NCBI RefSeq assembly: GCF_021378375.1
Contig: NZ_CP076228.1
Span: 810,001 to 842,000 of the forward strand
Direction of reading: 5' to 3'
Length of the DNA stretch: 32,000 bases
Source: Wolbachia endosymbiont of Drosophila innubila
Lineage (GTDB): Bacteria; Pseudomonadota; Alphaproteobacteria; Rickettsiales; Anaplasmataceae
Positions within the stretch are counted from its first letter, which is position 1, and each line of letters begins with the position of its first letter. Shown piece by piece: positions 1 to 7,929 of the stretch. The notes beneath the pieces were generated by a model. The model was not told where the DNA came from, searched no databases, and saw only the letters and a list, made by a program, of their open reading frames with translations. The translations under genes were made by a program, and so were the position numbers.

Positions 1-261
1 TCTCTGTCGAGTATTGGCATTTTTTGATGTCTTGTAACGCTTTATAAGCGCGTTCAGCTTATTTAGATAAAAATCTAGATGTAGATGAAGTTTTGTAAAG
101 ACATACAGTATCTATATACTGCAAAAAATTGAACATGAGACGCCGATACATTAAGTAATCCTTACCTTTTAATCTGCAGATTGGCGAAAGCAAATACAAT
201 AGCTTCACTATCATGATAAGGGCGCTGGCGGAGTTTGTCAAGTAAGTTTTTTGTTTCTATT
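1..261 (-). repeat. Copy A (partial, cut by window edge) of a dispersed repeat that carries a conserved 60-aa pseudo-ORF
   Basis: Near identical to 28017..28277 (same orientation) and to the reverse complement of about 20202..20466. All share 'tctctgtcgagtattggcattttttgatgtcttgtaacgctttataagcgcgttcagc'. Confidence 0.93.
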
Positions 262-320
262 GAATGACAGTTGTAACCTACGAAAGAAGTCTGTTGTAAT
301 TTGTACGATATCTTTATAAA

Positions 321-1874
321 ATGGTTCGCATAAGTTATCTAGCAGTGCAACTAAACAAATACAAAAATCAAAACGTCGCGGTTTTTGGTCTTGGTAAAAC
401 TGGTTTATCCGCCATTAACGCTCTAACAAAGAGTGGTGCAAGAATATATGCATGGGATGATCATGAAGAGCAAATAGCAAATGCAAAAATGATGTATAAA
501 AAATGTAATTTTATTCATCCCAAGGAATACAATTGGCATGAGATCAGTGCATTGGTTTTAAGCCCTGGAGTGCCAACAGAGCCACATTGGATAGTAAAAC
601 TTGCAAGGAGATTTGATTGCAAAATAAAATCAGACATTGAGCTATTTCTTGAAGCTAAAACTACGAACCAGAAGGTAATAGGCGTCACAGGAACAAATGG
701 TAAATCAACCACTACATCACTAATAGGGCACATATTAAAATCTGCAGGGAAAAAAGTAGCTATTGGTGGAAATTTAGGCATTCCTGTTTTGGATCTAGAA
801 AGAGATGCAGAAATTTATGTAATCGAACTCTCCTCTTTTCAATTGGAGTTGATGAATGAAATTAACGTGGACATTTCAGCACTGCTCAATATTACACCAG
901 ATCACATAGATAGGCATGGAAGTATGGAGAACTACATAGCAACTAAATTAAAACTGATAAACGGTAGTGAGGTTGCCGTAATAGGATGTGACAATGAGAT
1001 TACTGCTGATATATTCAACAAATTCACTGGAGACAAAATTCCAATCTCAGTAACATATTCCCCGATGTCATTCCAGCGCGTGACGCTGGAATCCAGAAAA
1101 GAAAAACCATTGCCAACTACTCAGATGACAGAGGGTGGTGCAAGAGATCTAATATCATTGGCAGGTAACAATTTGCTTGATTATAGTGAACAGATTACTG
1201 GTATAGATCGAAATTATCTGGATCCCAGTGTCAGCTACTTGGATGACAAAAGGGGCACTGGGATCCAGAAGATCTCGTTAAAACTAGAGAATCATAGCTT
1301 ATCAGTAAGCGACGTGAAAATAAACCTAATATCCAACGCAGAAAACATAGCAGCCACATATGCCGTATGTAAGGTACTTGGAGTAGATAGCAACACTATT
1401 ATCAATGGAATCAAGTCCTTTTCAGGACTGAGGCATAGGAATGAACTGCTTGGGAAAATAAGAAATGTGTTTTTCGTGAACGATAGCAAAGCAACTAATG
1501 CAAAATCGAGCGAAAAGGCGATCTTATCTTATGAAAACATAAATTGGATCGCTGGTGGAAGAAGCAAAAAAGGTGGAATAGAATCATTAAGCAAGCATTT
1601 TACAAGGGTTAGAAAAGCTTTTCTTATTGGAGAATCAACCGAAGCTTTTGCAAATGTTATGGAGAATAAAGTAGATTATGTTAAATGTTGCAATCTAGAA
1701 GATGCATTCAGATTGGCTTTTGAAGAGGCCTTAAATAGCGCAGAAGAAGTAACAATATTACTTTCTCCCGCGTGTGCTTCTTTTGATCAATGGAAAAATT
1801 TCGAGGAACGTGGTGAAGCATTTTGTAGAATGTTTGAAAATCTCAGGTACAATCACACATGCTGTTTAGTATGA
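321..1874 (+). CDS. murD: UDP-N-acetylmuramoylalanine--D-glutamate ligase (MurD), with an in-frame repeat-derived insertion
   Basis: 517-aa ORF with N-terminal 'NVAVFGLGKTGLSA', Mur ligase P-loop 'VIGVTGTNGKSTTTSLIGHIL', 'NITPDHIDRHGSMENYIATK', 'FVNDSKATNAKS' and 'LLSPACASFDQWKNFEERGEAF'. Confidence 0.95.
   Translation: MVRISYLAVQLNKYKNQNVAVFGLGKTGLSAINALTKSGARIYAWDDHEEQIANAKMMYKKCNFIHPKEYNWHEISALVLSPGVPTEPHWIVKLARRFDCKIKSDIELFLEAKTTNQKVIGVTGTNGKSTTTSLIGHILKSAGKKVAIGGNLGIPVLDLERDAEIYVIELSSFQLELMNEINVDISALLNITPDHIDRHGSMENYIATKLKLINGSEVAVIGCDNEITADIFNKFTGDKIPISVTYSPMSFQRVTLESRKEKPLPTTQMTEGGARDLISLAGNNLLDYSEQITGIDRNYLDPSVSYLDDKRGTGIQKISLKLENHSLSVSDVKINLISNAENIAATYAVCKVLGVDSNTIINGIKSFSGLRHRNELLGKIRNVFFVNDSKATNAKSSEKAILSYENINWIAGGRSKKGGIESLSKHFTRVRKAFLIGESTEAFANVMENKVDYVKCCNLEDAFRLAFEEALNSAEEVTILLSPACASFDQWKNFEERGEAFCRMFENLRYNHTCCLV
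1058..1275 (+). repeat. Compound palindromic repeat insertion inside murD
   Basis: Contains the hairpin attccagcg-cgtga-cgctggaat (1070..1092) and a 13-bp inverted pair ctggatcccagtg / cactgggatccag (1218..1268). The latter matches the repeat class at 20787..20930. It encodes residues that look foreign to MurD (SFQRVTLESRK...YLDPSVSYLDDKRGTGIQK). Confidence 0.8.
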
Positions 1875-1880
1875 TGTTGC

Positions 1881-2471
1881 GTGGAACAAAAGTTAATAAT
1901 AGATAAGCTAATTAGGGTTATTCCATTTGAAGGGATAAGCGATGAAACCCTATTAAAGGTGTGCACTGACCTTAATCTAGCTAATAGCTTTTGCAAATTT
2001 CAGAATGGAATATATAGCGCTTTGGAGCACATAGCAGAGGACTTAAATAGCTCAATGGAAGCTGAATTAAGAAATTCTAATTTAGAAGATATGAAAGTGC
2101 GAGAGCGAGTAAAGTTAGCTATTCAAATACACCTTTCAAACTATGCTAAGCTACCGAATTATAGAGAACTTTTAAAAAATGTTTTATCATTCTCCGTATC
2201 ACCAAAAAATACATATTTTTCTAGTAAACTTTTATACAGAACTATTAGTGCGATTTGGTATGGCATTCATGACCAATCAACAGATTTTAACTACTATACA
2301 AAAAGAGCAATATTAGCTGGAGTGTACTTAAGTACGATACTTTTTTTTATCAATGATTATTCAGAAGATTTTGTGGATACTTTATCGTTTCTTGATAACC
2401 GTATCAACAATGTCATGACATTTCAAAAATTCAAAACTCGCTTAAAAGGAATCATAGGAAATTTCTTATAA
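1881..2471 (+). CDS. COQ9-like / ubiquinone biosynthesis-associated family protein
   Basis: 196-aa ORF with GTG start, 6 nt after the murD stop. 'DQSTDFNYYTKRAILAGVYLSTILFFINDYSEDFVDTLSFLDNRINNVMTFQKFK' resembles the COQ9 C-terminal signature. Confidence 0.75.
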   Translation: MEQKLIIDKLIRVIPFEGISDETLLKVCTDLNLANSFCKFQNGIYSALEHIAEDLNSSMEAELRNSNLEDMKVRERVKLAIQIHLSNYAKLPNYRELLKNVLSFSVSPKNTYFSSKLLYRTISAIWYGIHDQSTDFNYYTKRAILAGVYLSTILFFINDYSEDFVDTLSFLDNRINNVMTFQKFKTRLKGIIGNFL

Positions 2472-2475
2472 GCTA

Positions 2476-2769
2476 TTGATTGTTGGTAGAAAAGTACTTG
2501 AGCACGATCCTGAAAAGGTTTGTGAAAATAAAAATATTCATGCTGATCATAAAGAACATTTAGTTTATTGTGAGGATAATAATGGTACAACAAAATACAC
2601 CAGTTACGAAGAAAAAGAAAATAAATTTATTGAAGAAGCACATGAATATTTAATAGACTCTGAATTTAATAAAAATTTTGATCTAGGGCAGTACAGAATA
2701 AGTAATTTCTCCGGAAACTTGACGAAAATAGAACTGGAACTCATCAATGAAAAGTATATGCAAGTTTAA
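2476..2769 (+). CDS. Hypothetical protein
   Basis: 97-aa ORF with TTG start, 4 nt after the preceding stop. Ends overlapping the 3' end of the convergent rsmD by 4 nt. No recognised domain. Confidence 0.5.
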   Translation: MIVGRKVLEHDPEKVCENKNIHADHKEHLVYCEDNNGTTKYTSYEEKENKFIEEAHEYLIDSEFNKNFDLGQYRISNFSGNLTKIELELINEKYMQV

Positions 2770-3314
2770 GTTGATAGAGAAAGAAAAATTATTCTTGCTA
2801 TACCGTAAATACGTTCCAAGATTATACTAAAGTCTTTATTGCACTCAAAACCTTCGTTTTTCCTAATCTCTAGAATTATCAATGCATCATCACTTAACCA
2901 GCCTGAGTTAGCTAGTCCATTCAACGTTGATTCAACTAGATTGCTATTGTAAGGTGGGTCTATAAAAACTATGTCGCATTTTGAAATAGGTTTTGGTAAG
3001 CAGTTAGCACTGCAGCAAATTAGCGTAACATTGTCCGTAATTCCAAAATCTTCTGCTGTTTTTTTAGGCAGTTGCAAATTGTAATAATCTGAATCCACCA
3101 TGAATGCATGTTTAGCGCCGCGAGAAAGCGCTTCAAATGAAAAAGAGCCACTTCCGCAGAACAAATCAAGTACATTCAAGTTATAAATAGGTTTTCTTGA
3201 GGAAAGTATACTAAATATTGCTTCTCGAACAATACTCATAGTTGGTCGTGCAGCTAAATGCTTACCTGTAGTTATTTTTCTTCCGCGATATTTGCCTGCA
3301 ATGATGCGTAGCAT
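2766..3314 (-). CDS. rsmD: 16S rRNA (guanine(966)-N(2))-methyltransferase RsmD
   Basis: 182-aa ORF; 'MLRIIAGKYRGRKI', 'RPTMSIVREAIFSIL', 'VLDLFCGSGSFSFEALSRGA' and 'DIVFIDPPY' motifs. Confidence 0.93.
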   Translation of the reverse strand: MLRIIAGKYRGRKITTGKHLAARPTMSIVREAIFSILSSRKPIYNLNVLDLFCGSGSFSFEALSRGAKHAFMVDSDYYNLQLPKKTAEDFGITDNVTLICCSANCLPKPISKCDIVFIDPPYNSNLVESTLNGLANSGWLSDDALIILEIRKNEGFECNKDFSIILERIYGIARIIFLSLST

Positions 3315-3436
3315 ATTAAATAAGCTCCAAAATAATTAATTATTTATACTATATGATTAATGTCAATATGGCTTTAGCAGTTTAATAGAGAGAAGCTATC
3401 GAGTCGCTTGTAAGAAAAACACAAACACAAGACTCA

Positions 3437-4099
3437 TCAGTTATCTTTTTCTGATTTGCCTGCTGCATTAATTGCTTGACCAATCTCATCTTGTAAATCA
3501 TCATGATCATTTTTTTCATCATGATTTAGCCCTTCAATTCTGCTTTCTAACTCTAACTTAATTATAGTATTGATTTTATCTATATTATCAAGAAAGCCTC
3601 TACACTCTTCTTCACTATACTCTTCACCAGATGCTTTTTTTTCAATAAATAGGTTTTTAAATCCTGCTAGATCAGAATTCTGATCGGTATTTAGTACAAC
3701 ATTTCTCTCTATGAAGCTAAGATCTGACAGCAGTAAGCTAACCTCTAACAGATCTTCACTTTTCACGCTTTTAAGGTCTTCAAGACTTTCTAAAATACTA
3801 AACACCTTAATCCTTTCTTGTACAATCTCTTTGTCTTCCTTATCAAATTCAGACAATAAACTATGATTATCTACAAATTTCTCACTCAAAGCTTTATTCA
3901 ATTTAGCAAAATTGACATCCTTGTCAAGTGATGTGTTATCCCGCAACAAGTCTACCCTTGCCCTACGCGCATTTAAAATGTCGTCGTAGTCATTTAACTT
4001 TATGTTGCCATCTTTGTCTTGCTGCAATTTATAATAATCAAGGCCTTTGAAATTTTTATTAGTCTTCATCTTCAATCCTCTTCTCATCTCCTTTTGCAT
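3437..4099 (-). CDS. Hypothetical protein at the 3' end of the virB array
   Basis: 220-aa hydrophilic ORF. It overlaps the 3' end of the upstream virB6 by 41 nt, or by 11 nt if the internal ATG at 4069 is the start. This fits translational coupling in the same operon. Confidence 0.75.
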   Translation of the reverse strand: MQKEMRRGLKMKTNKNFKGLDYYKLQQDKDGNIKLNDYDDILNARRARVDLLRDNTSLDKDVNFAKLNKALSEKFVDNHSLLSEFDKEDKEIVQERIKVFSILESLEDLKSVKSEDLLEVSLLLSDLSFIERNVVLNTDQNSDLAGFKNLFIEKKASGEEYSEEECRGFLDNIDKINTIIKLELESRIEGLNHDEKNDHDDLQDEIGQAINAAGKSEKDN

Positions 4100-7000
4100 C
4101 TGGTTTCCTCATTGGTTTCGGTAATTTCCTTTTACTGTCTTCTCGATTTCTTTTTTCCTCTCTTTCAGCACGTTTTTTTATAGCTTCCTGGGTATTCATT
4201 TCAAAAAGTGCCTTAACGTACTCTTCTGGATTTTTTGGTTCTTTAAATAAAGGCTTAAGATTATAAATTTCGTCTTTTCGATCTCTTTCTTCTTTTCTTC
4301 TAGCTCTTTCAGCACGTTTTTCTACAGCTTCTGGAGTGTTCATTTCAAAAAGTGGTGAGAGGTTGTAAACTTTATCTTGATTTCTTCTGCCTTCTCTTTC
4401 AGCACGTTTTTCCATACCTTCAAAAGCAGATCCAAAATCATCAATTTCATCTGAACCTTTTGGTTCCGTGCCTAAATTTCGTGTCACTTCATTTGATTGA
4501 TCAGGCTTATCTTCTTCTGTTGGCTGATCATGCTGTAGTTGATTAGGCTTGTCTTCTTGTTCTGTGCTTAGTTCTCGTACTACCTTATCTGGCTGACCTC
4601 CCCCTCGTAGTCGAAGAGGGTCGCCTTCTTCTAGTGGCTGATCATGGTTATCTCTTACTAGTTCCGTGCCTAACTCTCGTTCTACCTTATTTGATTGATC
4701 AGGATTGTCTTTTTCTGGTTCTTTCTTACGGCCGATAGTGTAATCATGAAGCTTCTCTAAGAAATCTCGCCTATATTCTTTTGCTCTATAGAGTAGGTTA
4801 TGATCATAGCCATGCTTTCCTATAGAGTCAAGACCATGCTCCCAAGTAAACTTCATAGCATCTTCTATTGTATAGCCCAAATGTGATCCTACGTATCCTT
4901 TATAATAATCTAAATATTTACCGATCCTTCTGTGTGTAATATCTTCCTTATCAACTCCAAATGCCCTGTAAATTTTTTCCTCGAGCTTATCAACATCATT
5001 TTCAGGCGATGTTGCAAACTTCGTTGCTTCAATAGTAGCACCTACAAATTTACGTGGCACATCAATAGCGTATTTCAGCACTCCTCCAACTCTTGGTACT
5101 CTCCCCAGCAGATTAGCTGCACCTCCGGCTAATCTATCCGGTAAATGAGTAGCCCAACTGCCTAAAGACTCAAGTCCTCTACCAGCAAAATTTTGCCACT
5201 GCTGTTTGAATCCTTCCATTATGCCAGTCAAAGGCGATGCCTGATACATACTAGATATATTGTAAACGCTGAATCCACCACCAGCGATACTTGAGCCCAT
5301 TTGTTGTACGAACGTGCGTAAGGAGAACATTAAAAATGAAAGCAAGAATAGTATAAAGATTTCCCCTGCATTGATTAAATAACCTCTCTGTATGTCTTGC
5401 ACCCTTTGGTAATCGCTATTTTCTTGATAATTTTTGCAATCCTCACAATCTTTACATTTCTGACAGTATTCACTGTTGGGATCCTTATATAAATCATGAA
5501 GTTTCAGTATTCTACAACCTTGTTTTTCTACCGCACTCCGCACTAAAGATCTTATTTCATTAATTATTTCCCTATAACTATTGCATTTATTTATATCTTG
5601 ACAGTAGCGTTTTATTATTTCACTAACATCACCTATCCTTTTCTCTATATTGTTGATCAGTAATATAATGTCAGCCCTCTCTGATGCATGAGATAAACTA
5701 TTTGTTAAGCGCACTAGATCTTTTTCACTACAGCCATTACTAACTACCATATCACTTTCTGCAATATAGTGGTCTGCTGGATTATCTTTAGTTCCAGGAA
5801 TTGGATTAAAGAAAGGATAATCTATATAACGAAACCCTTTTATATGTTCACCATTTTTATCTTTAGGGTAATCTGGTGGAAGCGGGATATATCCAGCACC
5901 ACCAGTAAATTTTATTGTACCACCTTCTCTGCTTATCTTTTCTATACCTTCTATACTTTTATCTATGTTAAGAGAAGAAGCTTCTCCAAGAGTGTAAGGT
6001 ACAAAAATTTGCCCTGGGGTCCAACCAAAGTACTGCTTATCAACGATACAAAAACCGCCAAACACCCATTTTGGAGCACATAACTTTACCTCGAACCATT
6101 TATTGTAGCATACAGTAAAACCTAGTTGTCTATAAAAGGTGTTCATTATCATTGAAGCCAACAATGACAAGAGAGTAAATATCATAATCGATTGTAAACA
6201 AAAACTGATGCAGAATTTTATCCAACCTTCAAATAGACTTTTCAGCGGTGAAAATAAAATAGAAATTAGAAACAGTGGCATGATAGCTATAAGAAAAGCT
6301 ATACCCATAAAGCCAGAGAGAAATATTATGTAAGCATACACGCACAACAAGAAGTATAGTACAATCCCTATGAAAATTGCCGGTATCATAAGAAGGCTTG
6401 CCCACATTTGGTAATGTAAAAACGCTGCAAACTTTTTCCAAACAGAATAAGCAAAAAATTTATTGAACATGTCCTCCATGAAGCTAAACAACTTAGCTTC
6501 ATCTCCTTGAGCAATACTTCCGGTGTTCATGTTGGGAGCAAAGTTAGTAATTACACTTATCAATTGTTCAAGACCTTTAACGAATAAAACAAGAAAATGA
6601 TCATAGAAAAATCTAAAACTTCCAGGAGATATAAGCACTATTACTAGAGTGATTTTCATCATTCTGATGAGCATATCATGCTTAGTTTCTCGTATCATGC
6701 CAAAAAGATAAAGAAGCGATGAAATCATTACAAATAGAACAAGCAAGGAAAGAACAAAATTGTGAAAGCTCGTACTTTTTTCAGCTATATTTTCGAACAT
6801 AGCTTGTGCAACTGCAGGATCATTGCTATTAAAATGTTCTTTGCAATTTTCGTTAATCAATAATACACATTTTAGATAGTTATAAATGTAATCAAAAAAC
6901 CCAAAACTACTTGGCTGCTGCACTCCACTTAAGAACTCAAAAGAGTAGCCACCTACATTATCTAAGTAATATCTATCTAATATTTTTACATATATTTTCC

Positions 7001-7787
7001 ATCCCTTTTTTAACTTCAACTCATTACAATTTCTGTCCTTTAATTTAGTGTTATCTCTGTCTAAAGTAAAAAATCCATTGTCGCCCTCTGCTGTGGAGTT
7101 ATAACCTAGATGTACAGTAGGATATTGAGGATCGCGCATTAACTTTAGATTTTCGTTAGGATCATCTTTCCCCGTTTGAAACAAAAGATAAGCACCATGA
7201 CCGTTGGTAAACCAACATGGAGCACCACGTGATACTGTATTTGCACTATCATCTTCATTAATGCACTTGCAATTTACAGTGCAACTTGCATTAGGCTTAC
7301 TTGAAAATTTTTGTATGCTAGGTTTATAATCATTACAAACTAAGTGAAAATTAGGTAAACTATTATCACTTTGTTTACCTTCAAATTTAGTTGCATATTT
7401 TAACTGCTCCAAGCTTTGTAAGGTATAACTGCCTTTTTTAGATTCCTTCTTGTTATTATTACTCCAAGATGTCCATGTACCATTAACTCGCACTTTTAAA
7501 CTATCTCCATTGGTTTCGAGTCCGGTATCCTCCCACTTCACCACTTGGTTATGGTGAAAACCATAATTAATTTCGCCAGTTTCAGGATCAATAACTTCTC
7601 CATCTCCTGGAATAAACGCATCGTGGTCGCTTGAAAAATGAGCGCTTACTGCAATAGGTTTAGGACCAAAATAGTCAGCAGATATACACCTTGGAAAAGG
7701 CATATCGTTTTTACTACAACCTGTGATCAGCACATAAGCTGCAAGAAGTAATACCCTAAACCAACATTTGCCTAAACGTGATTGCAT
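4059..7787 (-). CDS. virB6: VirB6 family type IV secretion protein (fourth paralog, 1242 aa, extended)
   Basis: Lipobox-like N-terminus 'VLLLAAYVLITGCSKND', large ectodomain, central multi-TM region ('FLLCVYAYIIFLSGFMGIAFLIAIMPLFLISILFSPLKSLFEGWIKFCISFCLQSIMIF', VirB6/TrbL-like), and a charged repetitive C-terminal tail. Confidence 0.9.
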   Translation of the reverse strand: MQSRLGKCWFRVLLLAAYVLITGCSKNDMPFPRCISADYFGPKPIAVSAHFSSDHDAFIPGDGEVIDPETGEINYGFHHNQVVKWEDTGLETNGDSLKVRVNGTWTSWSNNNKKESKKGSYTLQSLEQLKYATKFEGKQSDNSLPNFHLVCNDYKPSIQKFSSKPNASCTVNCKCINEDDSANTVSRGAPCWFTNGHGAYLLFQTGKDDPNENLKLMRDPQYPTVHLGYNSTAEGDNGFFTLDRDNTKLKDRNCNELKLKKGWKIYVKILDRYYLDNVGGYSFEFLSGVQQPSSFGFFDYIYNYLKCVLLINENCKEHFNSNDPAVAQAMFENIAEKSTSFHNFVLSLLVLFVMISSLLYLFGMIRETKHDMLIRMMKITLVIVLISPGSFRFFYDHFLVLFVKGLEQLISVITNFAPNMNTGSIAQGDEAKLFSFMEDMFNKFFAYSVWKKFAAFLHYQMWASLLMIPAIFIGIVLYFLLCVYAYIIFLSGFMGIAFLIAIMPLFLISILFSPLKSLFEGWIKFCISFCLQSIMIFTLLSLLASMIMNTFYRQLGFTVCYNKWFEVKLCAPKWVFGGFCIVDKQYFGWTPGQIFVPYTLGEASSLNIDKSIEGIEKISREGGTIKFTGGAGYIPLPPDYPKDKNGEHIKGFRYIDYPFFNPIPGTKDNPADHYIAESDMVVSNGCSEKDLVRLTNSLSHASERADIILLINNIEKRIGDVSEIIKRYCQDINKCNSYREIINEIRSLVRSAVEKQGCRILKLHDLYKDPNSEYCQKCKDCEDCKNYQENSDYQRVQDIQRGYLINAGEIFILFLLSFLMFSLRTFVQQMGSSIAGGGFSVYNISSMYQASPLTGIMEGFKQQWQNFAGRGLESLGSWATHLPDRLAGGAANLLGRVPRVGGVLKYAIDVPRKFVGATIEATKFATSPENDVDKLEEKIYRAFGVDKEDITHRRIGKYLDYYKGYVGSHLGYTIEDAMKFTWEHGLDSIGKHGYDHNLLYRAKEYRRDFLEKLHDYTIGRKKEPEKDNPDQSNKVERELGTELVRDNHDQPLEEGDPLRLRGGGQPDKVVRELSTEQEDKPNQLQHDQPTEEDKPDQSNEVTRNLGTEPKGSDEIDDFGSAFEGMEKRAEREGRRNQDKVYNLSPLFEMNTPEAVEKRAERARRKEERDRKDEIYNLKPLFKEPKNPEEYVKALFEMNTQEAIKKRAEREEKRNREDSKRKLPKPMRKPDAKGDEKRIEDED
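4062..4730 (-). repeat. Degenerate in-frame repeats in the VirB6 C-terminal tail
   Basis: Repeated peptide units 'LFEMNTPEAVEKRAERARRKEERDRKDEIYNLKPLF' / 'LFEMNTQEAIKKRAEREEKRNRED' / 'GMEKRAEREGRRNQDKVYNLSPLF', and 'DQSNKVERELGTE' / 'DKVVRELSTEQ' / 'DQSNEVTRNLGTE'. Confidence 0.75.
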
Positions 7788-7929
7788 ATCTAAACTTTTT
7801 CCAAATACAGAATAAATTTCTAAAACTTTACTTAAAATATCTTTTTAATTAGTTACTCCATAATATCATTTATATCTTACTCCTCTCCATTTTCTTCCTT
7901 GTTTTTAGCTTTAGCACTAGGATCACTTC

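Noticed and set aside
59-241. 60-aa ORF as a genuine protein-coding gene (also at 20207..20389 and 28075..28257)
   Set aside because: It is part of a dispersed repeat, uses a TTG start and lacks a recognised domain; conservation may simply reflect recent repeat copying.
515-781. Antisense ORF within murD (88 aa)
   Set aside because: Lies fully inside a strongly supported essential gene on the opposite strand and has no recognisable domain; treated as a shadow ORF.
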